Of a stretch of DNA of 32,000 nt, positions 1-7,934 are shown piece after piece. The first letter of the stretch is position 1. Every line of letters starts with the position of its first letter. Source of the DNA: Candidatus Iainarchaeum sp. (GTDB lineage: Archaea; Iainarchaeota; Iainarchaeia; JAADDC01); assembly GCA_030445695.1 (NCBI GenBank), contig JASUTF010000002.1, forward strand, positions 1 to 32,000. Direction: 5' to 3'. Both the position numbers and the translations under genes were made by a program. A model generated the notes under the pieces. The model did not search any database and was not told the origin of the DNA. It worked only from the letters and a program-made list of their open reading frames with translations.

Positions 1-485
1 ACGTCTACCATTTCAGCGGCCACTGCCGCCGCAGACCCGGAGGACGATCCTCCGGGAACCCTTTCAGTATCCCTGGGGTTTCTCGTGGGGCCGAAGTATG
101 AGAACTCTCCGGAAGAACCGCAGGCAAACTCGTCCATGTTTGTCTTTCCGACGATCACGCCGTTGTTCTTCAAAATGCGTTCAACCACCGTTGCGGTGTA
201 CGGTGGCACGTAGTTCTCCAGCATCTTTGAACCGCAGGTCATCCTCACGCCCTTGAGAGCGAAGTTGTCCTTTATTCCCCACACAAGACCGTAAAACGCC
301 TCACCCTTCCCCTGCTTTACGAGTTTATCCACCTCTTTTGCCTGCTCTCTGGCAAGCTCGAACGTTTTTGTGATGAACGCGTTTATCTCCCAGTCGCGGG
401 ACTCGATAATCTCGATCTTCTCCTCCAGGTGCTCCGACGGAAGGATATCTCCCGACTTCAGCCGCTGAACGAGTTCCTCTATCAT
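1..485 (-). CDS. gatA: Asp/Glu-tRNA amidotransferase subunit A (GatA), N-terminal part; the gene runs off the left edge
   Basis: My own translation of the minus strand from the ATG at 485 gives MIEELVQRLKSGDIL...IKDNFALKGVRMTCGSKMLENYVPPYTATVV...GKTNMDEFACGSS...PGGSSSGSAAAVAAEMVD. This carries the amidase signature GGSSxGSAAAVA typical of GatA. It starts 5 nt after the gatC stop. It is absent from the ORF track because it is open-ended. Confidence 0.85.
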   Translation of the reverse strand, partial: MIEELVQRLKSGDILPSEHLEEKIEIIESRDWEINAFITKTFELAREQAKEVDKLVKQGKGEAFYGLVWGIKDNFALKGVRMTCGSKMLENYVPPYTATVVERILKNNGVIVGKTNMDEFACGSSGEFSYFGPTRNPRDTERVPGGSSSGSAAAVAAEMVD

Positions 486-490
486 GGGCA

Positions 491-769
491 TCACAGGTTT
501 GGTGGGACCTTTGCATAGCGGTCCTTCTTCTCGGGGAACTGTTCCACAATGGCATCCGGATCCTCAAAGGGGTTTGAAGCGTCCTCACGGAACTCATTCT
601 CGTTTTCCGTCATGACTATGGGCTGTGCCTCGGCGAGCGGCAGTTCCTTTACCCTCTCGAGGAGCCGCAAAATATCGTTAAACTGCGGCAGGAGCTCGTT
701 GATCTCCTCCTCTGTGAGCGCGATGCGGGCGATCTTTGCGATGTGCTGCAACTCCTCCCTTGTTAGCAT
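491..769 (-). CDS. gatC: Asp/Glu-tRNA amidotransferase subunit C (GatC)
   Basis: The internal ATG at 769 gives MLTREELQHIAKIARIALTEEEINELLPQFNDILRLLERVKELP..., a typical GatC of about 92 aa. The 42 upstream codons of the 134-aa track ORF overlap degV and look non-coding. A TATA-like TTTTTTAAAA (791-800, read on the minus strand) lies about 26 nt upstream. Confidence 0.8.
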   Translation of the reverse strand: MLTREELQHIAKIARIALTEEEINELLPQFNDILRLLERVKELPLAEAQPIVMTENENEFREDASNPFEDPDAIVEQFPEKKDRYAKVPPNL

Positions 770-809
770 GGGATAATTTTGAGCGGCTGATTTTAAAAAA
801 CAGAAACGG

Positions 810-1616
810 TCACTCCAGAAACGCCACGCCAAACGACCCGTAGCCGAGACGCGCTCCAATCGCGGGATCCACGCTGCAAACGACCACACGTTCACAGTTC
901 TCCCTTATCTCGCTTGCCATTCTATCGGCGTACTCGTTCCGCCCCAGAACGCCGGCCCAGACCTCTTTTTTACCCCTTATCAGATCCGCGAACTCCTGCA
1001 CGACTCGTTCCTGTCCCCTGACCGTTTTCCACAAATGGAACACGCCGTCCTTCACCACAAAGATGGGGTTAAGGCGCAGAAACTTTCCGATCTTGCCCAC
1101 AACGTTCGGCAACCTTCCGGAGCGGGCTGCCGCTTCCATATCGGCGACCACAAGGTATATTCTCACCCGATTAACGAGTGCTCTCAACTTTTGAAGGGCA
1201 TCTCCGATTGGGACCCCCTTCTCTGCCATCTCTTTCGCCCTTGCCACGAGTATTCCGGCACCTATGCTCCCTGTCAGCGAGTCCAGTACGTGTACCTCAA
1301 AGCCCTTCTTGGCGAGCATCTTCGCAGCGATCTCTGCCGACTTGAAGGTGCCGCTGAGCTTCGAGCTGATTGTGATGGCGAGTATGGGGAGGTCATTACC
1401 AAGGGACTCAAAGGCACGCATCCACTCCTTGACAGACGGTGCAGCAGTCCTTGCCCGTATCCCCTTTCTGGTGATGTCCAGCAGGGTATCCACAGTGAAA
1501 TCTACCTTGTCCTTCATGTCAACTATTCCGGCATAGACGTGCACAGGGACGAAGGGTATGTCCCATTCGGGCGGAAAATCGGCCGTGGAGTCGGTAATTA
1601 TGCGAAAACTTACCAT
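810..1616 (-). CDS. DegV family fatty-acid-binding protein (FakB-like), divergent paralog
   Basis: 268 aa. It has the DegV pattern IITDSTADF, ISSKLSGTFKSAE and ARSGRLP. The usual TSQPS motif is TAAPS here. There is a 7-nt overlap with the upstream DAK2 gene. Confidence 0.85.
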   Translation of the reverse strand: MVSFRIITDSTADFPPEWDIPFVPVHVYAGIVDMKDKVDFTVDTLLDITRKGIRARTAAPSVKEWMRAFESLGNDLPILAITISSKLSGTFKSAEIAAKMLAKKGFEVHVLDSLTGSIGAGILVARAKEMAEKGVPIGDALQKLRALVNRVRIYLVVADMEAAARSGRLPNVVGKIGKFLRLNPIFVVKDGVFHLWKTVRGQERVVQEFADLIRGKKEVWAGVLGRNEYADRMASEIRENCERVVVCSVDPAIGARLGYGSFGVAFLE

Positions 1617-2491
1617 ATCTGATCAATCCTCTCCTGGACGATCTGACCGAAAGGCAGGAGGCGCTCCTTTACCTTCTCCGGATCTGTGCTGTGGATGTGC
1701 ACCTTCACCTTTCCGTGGCCTCCCACCACCACGATGGAGTCGCCGAGGTCCGCTATGGCGCCCCTTATCTCGTCGGCGGATGTGCCGTTGTTGGTCTCAA
1801 TCATGAAGTTCGTACAGTACAGTGCAGGACCGCCTCTTGACGTTTCGCGCTCGGCACGCATGCCACGGACACGGTATCCCTGAACATCGACGCCCAGGGC
1901 GTGCACAAATCCCTCAACGATGAGCGTGAATCCGTATGCACCGGAGTCGATGATCTTTGGCTTACCGAGCTTCTTCAGCATCTCCGGTGTCTTTTCCAGC
2001 GCCGAAAGAGCCGCCTGGTACGTGTGGTGGAGTATCTCCGGAACGGAGTTATACTGCCGGGCGAGCCGCTGGGCCGCCTCCGCGGTCTCACGCATCACCG
2101 TAAGTATGGTCCCCTCAACGGGGTTTGCCACCGCCTGATACGCCCAGTTCTTACCCTCGCCAAAGGCAGCCGCTACCTTCGTCCTGTCCAGCGCCGCCGC
2201 ATCGCCAATACCTTCCCGGAAGCCCCAGAAGAACTGGGAAAGGATGACCCCGGAGTTTCCGCGGGCACTCTCCAGGGCAGCATCGGCGACTGCCTCTGCA
2301 ACTTCACCGGCGTGTTCGCTGTCCACGTCCTTTACTGCTTCCCATATGCCCTTCATGGTGTTGTACATGTTCGTCCCGGTGTCCCCGTCTGCCACGGGGT
2401 AGACGTTTATGGCGTTTATGAACTCCATTTCCTTCTCTATGAGGTCCGTTGCAAGCTTGATGCCTTCTTTGAGGTGTTTTCCGTTCATCAT
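1610..2491 (-). CDS. DAK2-domain kinase, FakA/YloV-like (N-terminal and central domains only)
   Basis: 293 aa with ADGDTGTNM, ARGNSGVILSQF, VDSGAYGF-like IIDSGAYGFTLIVEG and KVKVHIHSTDP. It is about half the length of bacterial FakA, with no C-terminal domain. The start overlaps the stop of the plsY paralog (ATGA-type overlap). Confidence 0.8.
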   Translation of the reverse strand: MMNGKHLKEGIKLATDLIEKEMEFINAINVYPVADGDTGTNMYNTMKGIWEAVKDVDSEHAGEVAEAVADAALESARGNSGVILSQFFWGFREGIGDAAALDRTKVAAAFGEGKNWAYQAVANPVEGTILTVMRETAEAAQRLARQYNSVPEILHHTYQAALSALEKTPEMLKKLGKPKIIDSGAYGFTLIVEGFVHALGVDVQGYRVRGMRAERETSRGGPALYCTNFMIETNNGTSADEIRGAIADLGDSIVVVGGHGKVKVHIHSTDPEKVKERLLPFGQIVQERIDQIW

Positions 2492-3078
2492 CCCTTTCCA
2501 CCCCAGTAATGCTTTGGCAGTTCGCCCCTCACCAGCAGTTCTGCCTTTTCACGGTAACGCAGCCAGACAGGTATGAGTGCGAGCACAAGGGCCTCCGGAA
2601 CGCTGCCGAACAGCACGTAGTAGATCGCAGGTGTAAAAATATGGCCGAGCATTGCCCCCACGGCAATATAACCGCTCACTGCGTATCCTACGGCCCAGAG
2701 GGCTGCCCAAATTACTGCGAACTTCCAGTCGAGGTAGAGCGCGGACGCGAGCATGACCGCGATGCCCCTTCCGCCCCGGAAACGCGTCCAAACTGGATAG
2801 TTATGGCCCAGCACGATGAAGAACGGGGCGAGCCACAGCGCGGAAGGGAAGTAGTTCTGCACGATCCACAGCGCCAGGATCGCCTTGAGGACATCAAGAA
2901 CCACGACGGCGACAAAGAGTATCTTTGAACCGGTGGCCCTGTACGTGTTGAGTGCCCCGACGTTTCTGCTGCCGACTTCCCAGATGTTCTTGCCGGTGGC
3001 CAGCTTCACCGCAATGTACGCCGTGGGAATGGACCCCAGCAGATACGATATCAGAGCTGCCGCCGCGTACATGTTCAC
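2488..3078 (-). CDS. PlsY-like membrane protein (divergent glycerol-3-phosphate acyltransferase paralog)
   Basis: 196 aa and polytopic. It has LLGSIP, GSRNVGALNTYR (a degenerate GSGNxGATN) and LGHNYPVWTRFRGGRG. The start is either GTG at 3078 (4-nt overlap with the upstream gene) or ATG at 3072. Confidence 0.65.
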   Translation of the reverse strand: MNMYAAAALISYLLGSIPTAYIAVKLATGKNIWEVGSRNVGALNTYRATGSKILFVAVVVLDVLKAILALWIVQNYFPSALWLAPFFIVLGHNYPVWTRFRGGRGIAVMLASALYLDWKFAVIWAALWAVGYAVSGYIAVGAMLGHIFTPAIYYVLFGSVPEALVLALIPVWLRYREKAELLVRGELPKHYWGGKG

Positions 3079-3710
3079 ACCTTGTCCATTGTTATGGAAC
3101 GCTTTCCTTTGTGGGAAAACCGCTGTTCTTCGAGTTTGCCCTGTAGCATGAGCACGATATTATCGCGATGGCTGTAGAGCACGGCAAGGGCGGCAAACGT
3201 CACGTATGTGGTCATAAGCGGGTCTGCGATGAGGGCGTGGAGCGGGATCGCCGTCACAATGGTCACGATGTTGGCGAGGCCCGTCATCTGCGTCAGAAGC
3301 ACCACCACGAACCACGTCGTGATCATGACGGGGAGCGGGCCCCACGTGCCTGTGGCCGTAACGAGGGCGAGGTAACCGCCCGTGATCGTGGCGAATCCCT
3401 TTCCGCCCCTGAACTTCAGGAAGATGGAGAATACAGCACCGATAATGGCAAACATCGCCGCAAGAAGGGCGTAGTGGATTCCAGCATATGCATGCGCGAG
3501 GTATGCCGGCACGAATCCCTTCAACAGATCCAGGAGCATGACGAGGACTCCATAGCCCATGCCGAGGTTGCGGGCGACGTTGGCACCGCCGATGTTGCCG
3601 CTGCCCCTCTTTGTGATATCAATGCCCTTCGCTCTACCCACTAAGTAGCCCCAGGGTATCGAGCCGCTGATGTACCCGGCAAGGGCCCATATCACCGCAT
3701 TCACGTCCAT
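3075..3710 (-). CDS. plsY: PlsY, acyl-phosphate:glycerol-3-phosphate acyltransferase homolog
   Basis: 211 aa and polytopic, with ISGSIPWGY, GSGNIGGANVAR, FLKFRGGKGFAT and YSHRDNI. A TATA-like box at about 3738-3747 (minus strand TTTTTATAAG) and a GGAG lie upstream. Confidence 0.8.
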   Translation of the reverse strand: MDVNAVIWALAGYISGSIPWGYLVGRAKGIDITKRGSGNIGGANVARNLGMGYGVLVMLLDLLKGFVPAYLAHAYAGIHYALLAAMFAIIGAVFSIFLKFRGGKGFATITGGYLALVTATGTWGPLPVMITTWFVVVLLTQMTGLANIVTIVTAIPLHALIADPLMTTYVTFAALAVLYSHRDNIVLMLQGKLEEQRFSHKGKRSITMDKV

Positions 3711-3776
3711 CTTAACCGATCTCCGTAGGAAAACAGCTTATAAAAATGTTAAAGTTGGGGTTGGACGATCGCCGAA

Positions 3777-5036
3777 TCACGGGGTCAGGATGTCCGGCGT
3801 CCTCGGGTATGGCATGGCCTCCATGATCTTGTCCAGATTGAGCAGAGCCAGCGTCAGACGCTCCACACCCATTCCGAAGCCGCCGTGAGGCGGGAAGCCA
3901 TATTTGAACATCTCCAGGTACCAGCCGAACGCCTCCGGACGCATGCCCTTCGCGATCATCCTCTTCCGCAGCTTCTCCGGGTCGTTCTCACGTGGTCCGC
4001 CGGAGGAGAGTTCAAGACCGTTCTCTCCGGGCGCGAGGAAGTCCATCTTCTCTGCAAAGAAAGGATCCTCCTCCCTGAGTTTGTAGTAGAAGGCACACTC
4101 TGTTTCCGGGAACTCGGTGACGAAGAAGGGCACGTCGAAGTGGCTGCAGAGCTGCCTCTCTTCCGGTGCGCCGAAGTCGTCGCCCCTCTTTATGTCCACG
4201 CCGTCTGATCGCAGGAGTTCGATGGCCTCGTCGTAAGATATCTTCTCGTACTTGTTTGGAACGGGGACTTCCTCTATACCCAGGAGCTTGAGCTCGTCCG
4301 GCACCTCCCTGTTCAGACGCTCTGCAGCCGTCTTATATATATCAAACTGAATGTCCATGAGATCCTTTTTCGTGACGAAGGCGGCCTCCACGTCAATCTG
4401 CCAGAACTCCGTCAGGTGCTTCCTTGTTCTGCTCTTCTCCGCTCGGAACGACGGCGCTATGGAGAACACGCGTCCAAGGGCAGGAACGAGCGATTGTTTG
4501 TACAGCTGGGCGGACTGTGCAAGGAACGCTTCCCTGTCAAAGTAGACCAGCGGGAACAGTTCTGCACCGCCTTCCGTTGCCGTTGCGATGATTATGGGGA
4601 AGAACGCCGCCTCGTGGAAGCCCCACTTACGGAGAACCTGGCGTGCGGCGTCAACGATGACGCTCTTCGCCTTGAATATGGCTGCTATACGGGGTTTCCG
4701 TAGATCAAGGTAACGATATTCCAGCCGGGTGGGGAACTCCGCGGGGGTTTTTTCGGTTAAATCTATGGGGGTCGGCTCGGAGTTTGCAATAACTTTCACG
4801 TCTTTCGCCACGAACTCGCGGCCGTTGGGCGCCTTCTTGGACTCTACCCACTCGCCCTGGATCTCCAAAAGCGTTTCGGGGTTATACTTACCCGCTTCCT
4901 CCAGAACTTCGTCAGGCACGTTGCCCTTCTTCACGACCACCTGCTCAATTCTGTTTTCAGGGAACGTTCGTATGAGTATGAACTTGAGCTTGCCTATGTC
5001 ACGAACGTTCCAGACCCAGCCGCGGATTGTTTCCAT
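3777..5036 (-). CDS. Class IIb aminoacyl-tRNA synthetase, Asp/Asn type (AspRS or AsnRS; signatures are mixed)
   Basis: It has an N-terminal OB fold (IRGWVWNVRDIGKLKFILIR), motif 2 SFRAEKSRTRKHLTEFW and motif 3 PPHGGFGMGVERL, and ends in ...PRTPDILTP. The start is taken at the ATG at 5036 (METIRGW...). The 31 upstream codons of the track ORF run through the divergent promoter region. Confidence 0.8.
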   Translation of the reverse strand: METIRGWVWNVRDIGKLKFILIRTFPENRIEQVVVKKGNVPDEVLEEAGKYNPETLLEIQGEWVESKKAPNGREFVAKDVKVIANSEPTPIDLTEKTPAEFPTRLEYRYLDLRKPRIAAIFKAKSVIVDAARQVLRKWGFHEAAFFPIIIATATEGGAELFPLVYFDREAFLAQSAQLYKQSLVPALGRVFSIAPSFRAEKSRTRKHLTEFWQIDVEAAFVTKKDLMDIQFDIYKTAAERLNREVPDELKLLGIEEVPVPNKYEKISYDEAIELLRSDGVDIKRGDDFGAPEERQLCSHFDVPFFVTEFPETECAFYYKLREEDPFFAEKMDFLAPGENGLELSSGGPRENDPEKLRKRMIAKGMRPEAFGWYLEMFKYGFPPHGGFGMGVERLTLALLNLDKIMEAMPYPRTPDILTP

Positions 5037-5113
5037 TCGTCCCACCGGGTAAGAACGGGAAGGGAAGGCATAAAAACGCTTTTCATTAAAAGCGGGCGAA
5101 GGGATATTATAAC

Positions 5114-6355
5114 ATGGAGGAGGCTGCACGACGTCTCATCGAGTCCATGCCCGAAAAACTACGAAAAGAGCACGAGAAGATTATTTCTGCGTTGAAGGAC
5201 GCCGTAGCGGAGGGCAAAAGCATCGTTGTCTTTGCAGACACGGACGCAGACGGCGCGTCGGCGGAGGCGTGGCGCATAATCGCCAAGAAACTAGGAGCAA
5301 GGGACGAAAACATAGAAGTGCGCCACGTTGACCGAAGCAACGTGAAGTTCGACCGCGACGCCTTCTATATAGTCCACGACATCACGCTCCTGCCCGCACA
5401 CCTGCAGAACGTGGCGGCGGGCGCGAAGATAGTGAACATCGACCACCACGGTCCAAGATTGGGCGAAGACGAAAGTTACGACACTGTTCTGAACCACCCA
5501 GCAGTTGTGGCGGTTGCCAACCCCTTTGCTACTGAAGTTGATAGCCCTGGCAAGACCAAAATGAGCAGGGAAGATAGTTCCCGCCTTTATGCTTTCAATC
5601 CCTCCGCCCAGCTCGTTCACATTGCCCATCGCGTCGGTGCAAATGACATGATATACAAACTTGCGGCCATTGGCATCGTTGGGGACAGGGCGCACCAATA
5701 CTCCGATGTGGCGAGAGAGTTCGCGGAAGCGGTGGCAAGGAAAACGAGCGCCACGATTGAGGACCTCGCAAAGTTGGCGGGACTCTTCGAGCTACAAGAG
5801 AACTTCCCTGGAAAGGTGACCGCCGAGGAGATAAAGGCGGATATACTTGCAGGGCTGCGGGAAAATGACCTCAAGAGCATACCGCGTAGCAAAAAGCTCA
5901 GGGAATTGCTGGAGAAGAAGGAGAAGGTGCTCGAGAAGTATCTGGAAAGGGTGAAACGCGGAGAGTACGAAAAGGAAGAATTGGAGGTCAATGGCAAGCC
6001 CGTGCGTATTATTCTAATTCACGTGGATGACGATGACGCAAAGGAGGTGCAGAAGATAAAATCCGACTTGGGTTCAGCACTGCTCGACAAGTTTTCGAAA
6101 GATCCAACCCCAACCGTTGTTCTTGCGGGCCAGTGGGAGCCGGGAGACGTTGTAAACTACCGCATCGGCGTGAACGGAGCGGGCCAGGATATTGGGTTGC
6201 ACGCCGGAGAAATCGCAAGGACACTCTCATCAAGGTTCGAACTTCCCGGCGGCGGACACGCAGCGGTTGGTGGTTCAAAAATCCCGCACAGCGAGAAAGA
6301 ACGGGCAATGGAGCACATAAAGGACGTTTTGAAAAGCATCTACGGGCAACACTAA
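5114..6355 (+). CDS. DHH/DHHA1 family phosphoesterase (archaeal RecJ/NrnA-like)
   Basis: 413 aa with FADTDADGAS, NIDHHGP, GIVGDRA and GGGHAAVGG. A TATA-like TTTCATTAAAAG at 5081-5092 lies about 27 nt upstream of the ATG, so the transcript is probably leaderless. Confidence 0.75.
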   Translation: MEEAARRLIESMPEKLRKEHEKIISALKDAVAEGKSIVVFADTDADGASAEAWRIIAKKLGARDENIEVRHVDRSNVKFDRDAFYIVHDITLLPAHLQNVAAGAKIVNIDHHGPRLGEDESYDTVLNHPAVVAVANPFATEVDSPGKTKMSREDSSRLYAFNPSAQLVHIAHRVGANDMIYKLAAIGIVGDRAHQYSDVAREFAEAVARKTSATIEDLAKLAGLFELQENFPGKVTAEEIKADILAGLRENDLKSIPRSKKLRELLEKKEKVLEKYLERVKRGEYEKEELEVNGKPVRIILIHVDDDDAKEVQKIKSDLGSALLDKFSKDPTPTVVLAGQWEPGDVVNYRIGVNGAGQDIGLHAGEIARTLSSRFELPGGGHAAVGGSKIPHSEKERAMEHIKDVLKSIYGQH

Positions 6356-6381
6356 AAAAGGTTCCTCTCTTTTTCTTCTGC

Positions 6382-7422
6382 ATGGAGATCCCGGGGAACC
6401 TGAAGCGCGCGATCCGGACGTTCCGCGACAGGTTGGACGACGGCCTTTACCACGTGGAGCATGACATTGACATGGATGGATTCGCATCGGGCATTATAAC
6501 CACGGTGGCCCTTCGGCGAATGGGGTTCGATGCACACCCCTACGCCACCGAAAGGGATAAGTGCTTCGTCCCTGAGAAAGGAGCGCTCGTTTTTACGGAC
6601 ATTGCACTTGATGGCGAGCCCGTGGAGATAGTGCAGGGCGCGAGCAAATCGGGAAGAAACGTTTACGCAATCGACCACCACCCGTGGCGGAAAGACGTCG
6701 AGAAAAAACTGCATGCGTACGTGAACCCGCACTTCACGGACGTTCCAAGTCCGTCACAATGGAATACGGGCTTTCTCGCGTATCTGACGTTCAGGGAGCT
6801 TGTTTCGGACTACGACTGGCTCGCAGCGATCTCCATATACACAGATCACTGTATAGCACCCTGGAACGAGTTCTTAATCCAGCGATTTGGATACGATAAA
6901 GTAAAACGGGCAGGGGATCTGCTATCGGCATACATTGCAGTAATTGAAGACCTTTCAGAACTTGATTACATCTTGCTCAACGATATCCACAGCTTAAACG
7001 ATGTTCTGAGCCGATCCGAGTTCATAGACGCAGAAAACAAGTTCGAGGGAACTGTAAAGAAATACGTTGAAGACCCGAAGGAGCAGGCAGTCATCTGGGA
7101 TGAGAGGAGAAAAATTATAGTTCGGGTAACGGAGGAGAAGTACAGGCAGATAAACTCCATCGTTTCTACGCGCGTCTCGACGCTGCCCGAGTACAGGGAC
7201 TGGATTGTAATAGTACTTGGAATGGACAGGAACGGTACGTTGAAAGGTTCCTTCCGCTGCCAGGAGTGGGAAAAGAGGGGCATTCACTTGGGCGAACTCG
7301 CCAAACGCATTGCGGTCACGCTGGGTGGAGAAGGGGGCGGCCACCCCATGGCAGCTGGCATGCGAATCCCCAACGGTAATCTCAACTCTGTCCTTTCCGT
7401 GATCAACGAGGTGATAAAATGA
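6382..7422 (+). CDS. DHH/DHHA1 family phosphoesterase, second paralog
   Basis: The ATG at 6382 gives MEIPGNLKRAIRTF...HDIDMDGFASG, AIDHHPW and GGEGGGHPMAAG. The track ORF starting at 6133 overlaps the previous gene, and that upstream part is Arg-rich and unlike real coding sequence. Confidence 0.75.
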   Translation: MEIPGNLKRAIRTFRDRLDDGLYHVEHDIDMDGFASGIITTVALRRMGFDAHPYATERDKCFVPEKGALVFTDIALDGEPVEIVQGASKSGRNVYAIDHHPWRKDVEKKLHAYVNPHFTDVPSPSQWNTGFLAYLTFRELVSDYDWLAAISIYTDHCIAPWNEFLIQRFGYDKVKRAGDLLSAYIAVIEDLSELDYILLNDIHSLNDVLSRSEFIDAENKFEGTVKKYVEDPKEQAVIWDERRKIIVRVTEEKYRQINSIVSTRVSTLPEYRDWIVIVLGMDRNGTLKGSFRCQEWEKRGIHLGELAKRIAVTLGGEGGGHPMAAGMRIPNGNLNSVLSVINEVIK

Positions 7423-7886
7423 GCGGTATAGACATCGTTGAGGAATTCATTCGTGAAGAAGGTCTTGATGCAGAGGTCATACGGTTCGCAAAGCCGGTAA
7501 GAACGGTGGAGGATGTTGAGAAAATGGGCATTCCTCCCAAGGCGGTCGTAAAGACGCTCATAGTTAAGGTAGATGACAGTTTCGTGGCCGTTCTTATCAG
7601 GGGCGACGCCAAGCTCGATTTAAACAAGTTAAAGCGTGTCTTCGGGGCAAGATCTGCACGCATGGCGTCCCCGCCGGAGGTGCGGGAGGTAACGGGGGTG
7701 AGCATAGGGGCAGTGTCTCCGCTCATGCCATACGCGAAACGGATCAAGGTGATTATCGACAAGGGTGTGTTCGAACTGGAAGACGCGTATGGCGGTGGTG
7801 GAGACGAGAAGGCACTCGTGCTCTTCCACCCGCGAGAAGTTGCAGAAAAACTAAACGCAATGATAGCAGATGTGGCCCGGGCGTGA
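7419..7886 (+). CDS. YbaK/ProX-type aminoacyl-tRNA deacylase domain protein
   Basis: 155 aa with KTLIVKVDDSFVAVLIRGDAKLDLNKL...VTGVSIGAVSPL. A GAGGTGA Shine-Dalgarno sequence lies upstream. There is a 4-nt ATGA overlap with the preceding DHH gene. Confidence 0.75.
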   Translation: MSGIDIVEEFIREEGLDAEVIRFAKPVRTVEDVEKMGIPPKAVVKTLIVKVDDSFVAVLIRGDAKLDLNKLKRVFGARSARMASPPEVREVTGVSIGAVSPLMPYAKRIKVIIDKGVFELEDAYGGGGDEKALVLFHPREVAEKLNAMIADVARA

Positions 7887-7927
7887 AACCCCGGATCACG
7901 CCTCACCGGAGCCGTCCCACCCGGGCC
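7874..7927. terminator. Inverted repeat between the convergent ybaK-like and BI-1-like genes (possible bidirectional 3'-end structure)
   Basis: GGCCCGGG (7874-7881) and CCCGGGCC (7920-7927) are exact reverse complements. An inner hairpin CGTGA-N9-TCACG sits between them. Confidence 0.25.
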
Positions 7928-7934
7928 AAGAGCA

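Noticed and set aside
1035-2509. Long plus-strand ORFs (1035-1622, 1264-1536, 1901-2509 and others) lying antisense to the DegV and DAK2 genes
   Set aside because: They are shadow frames of well-supported minus-strand genes. Their translations are Arg/Pro/His-rich and carry no family motifs.
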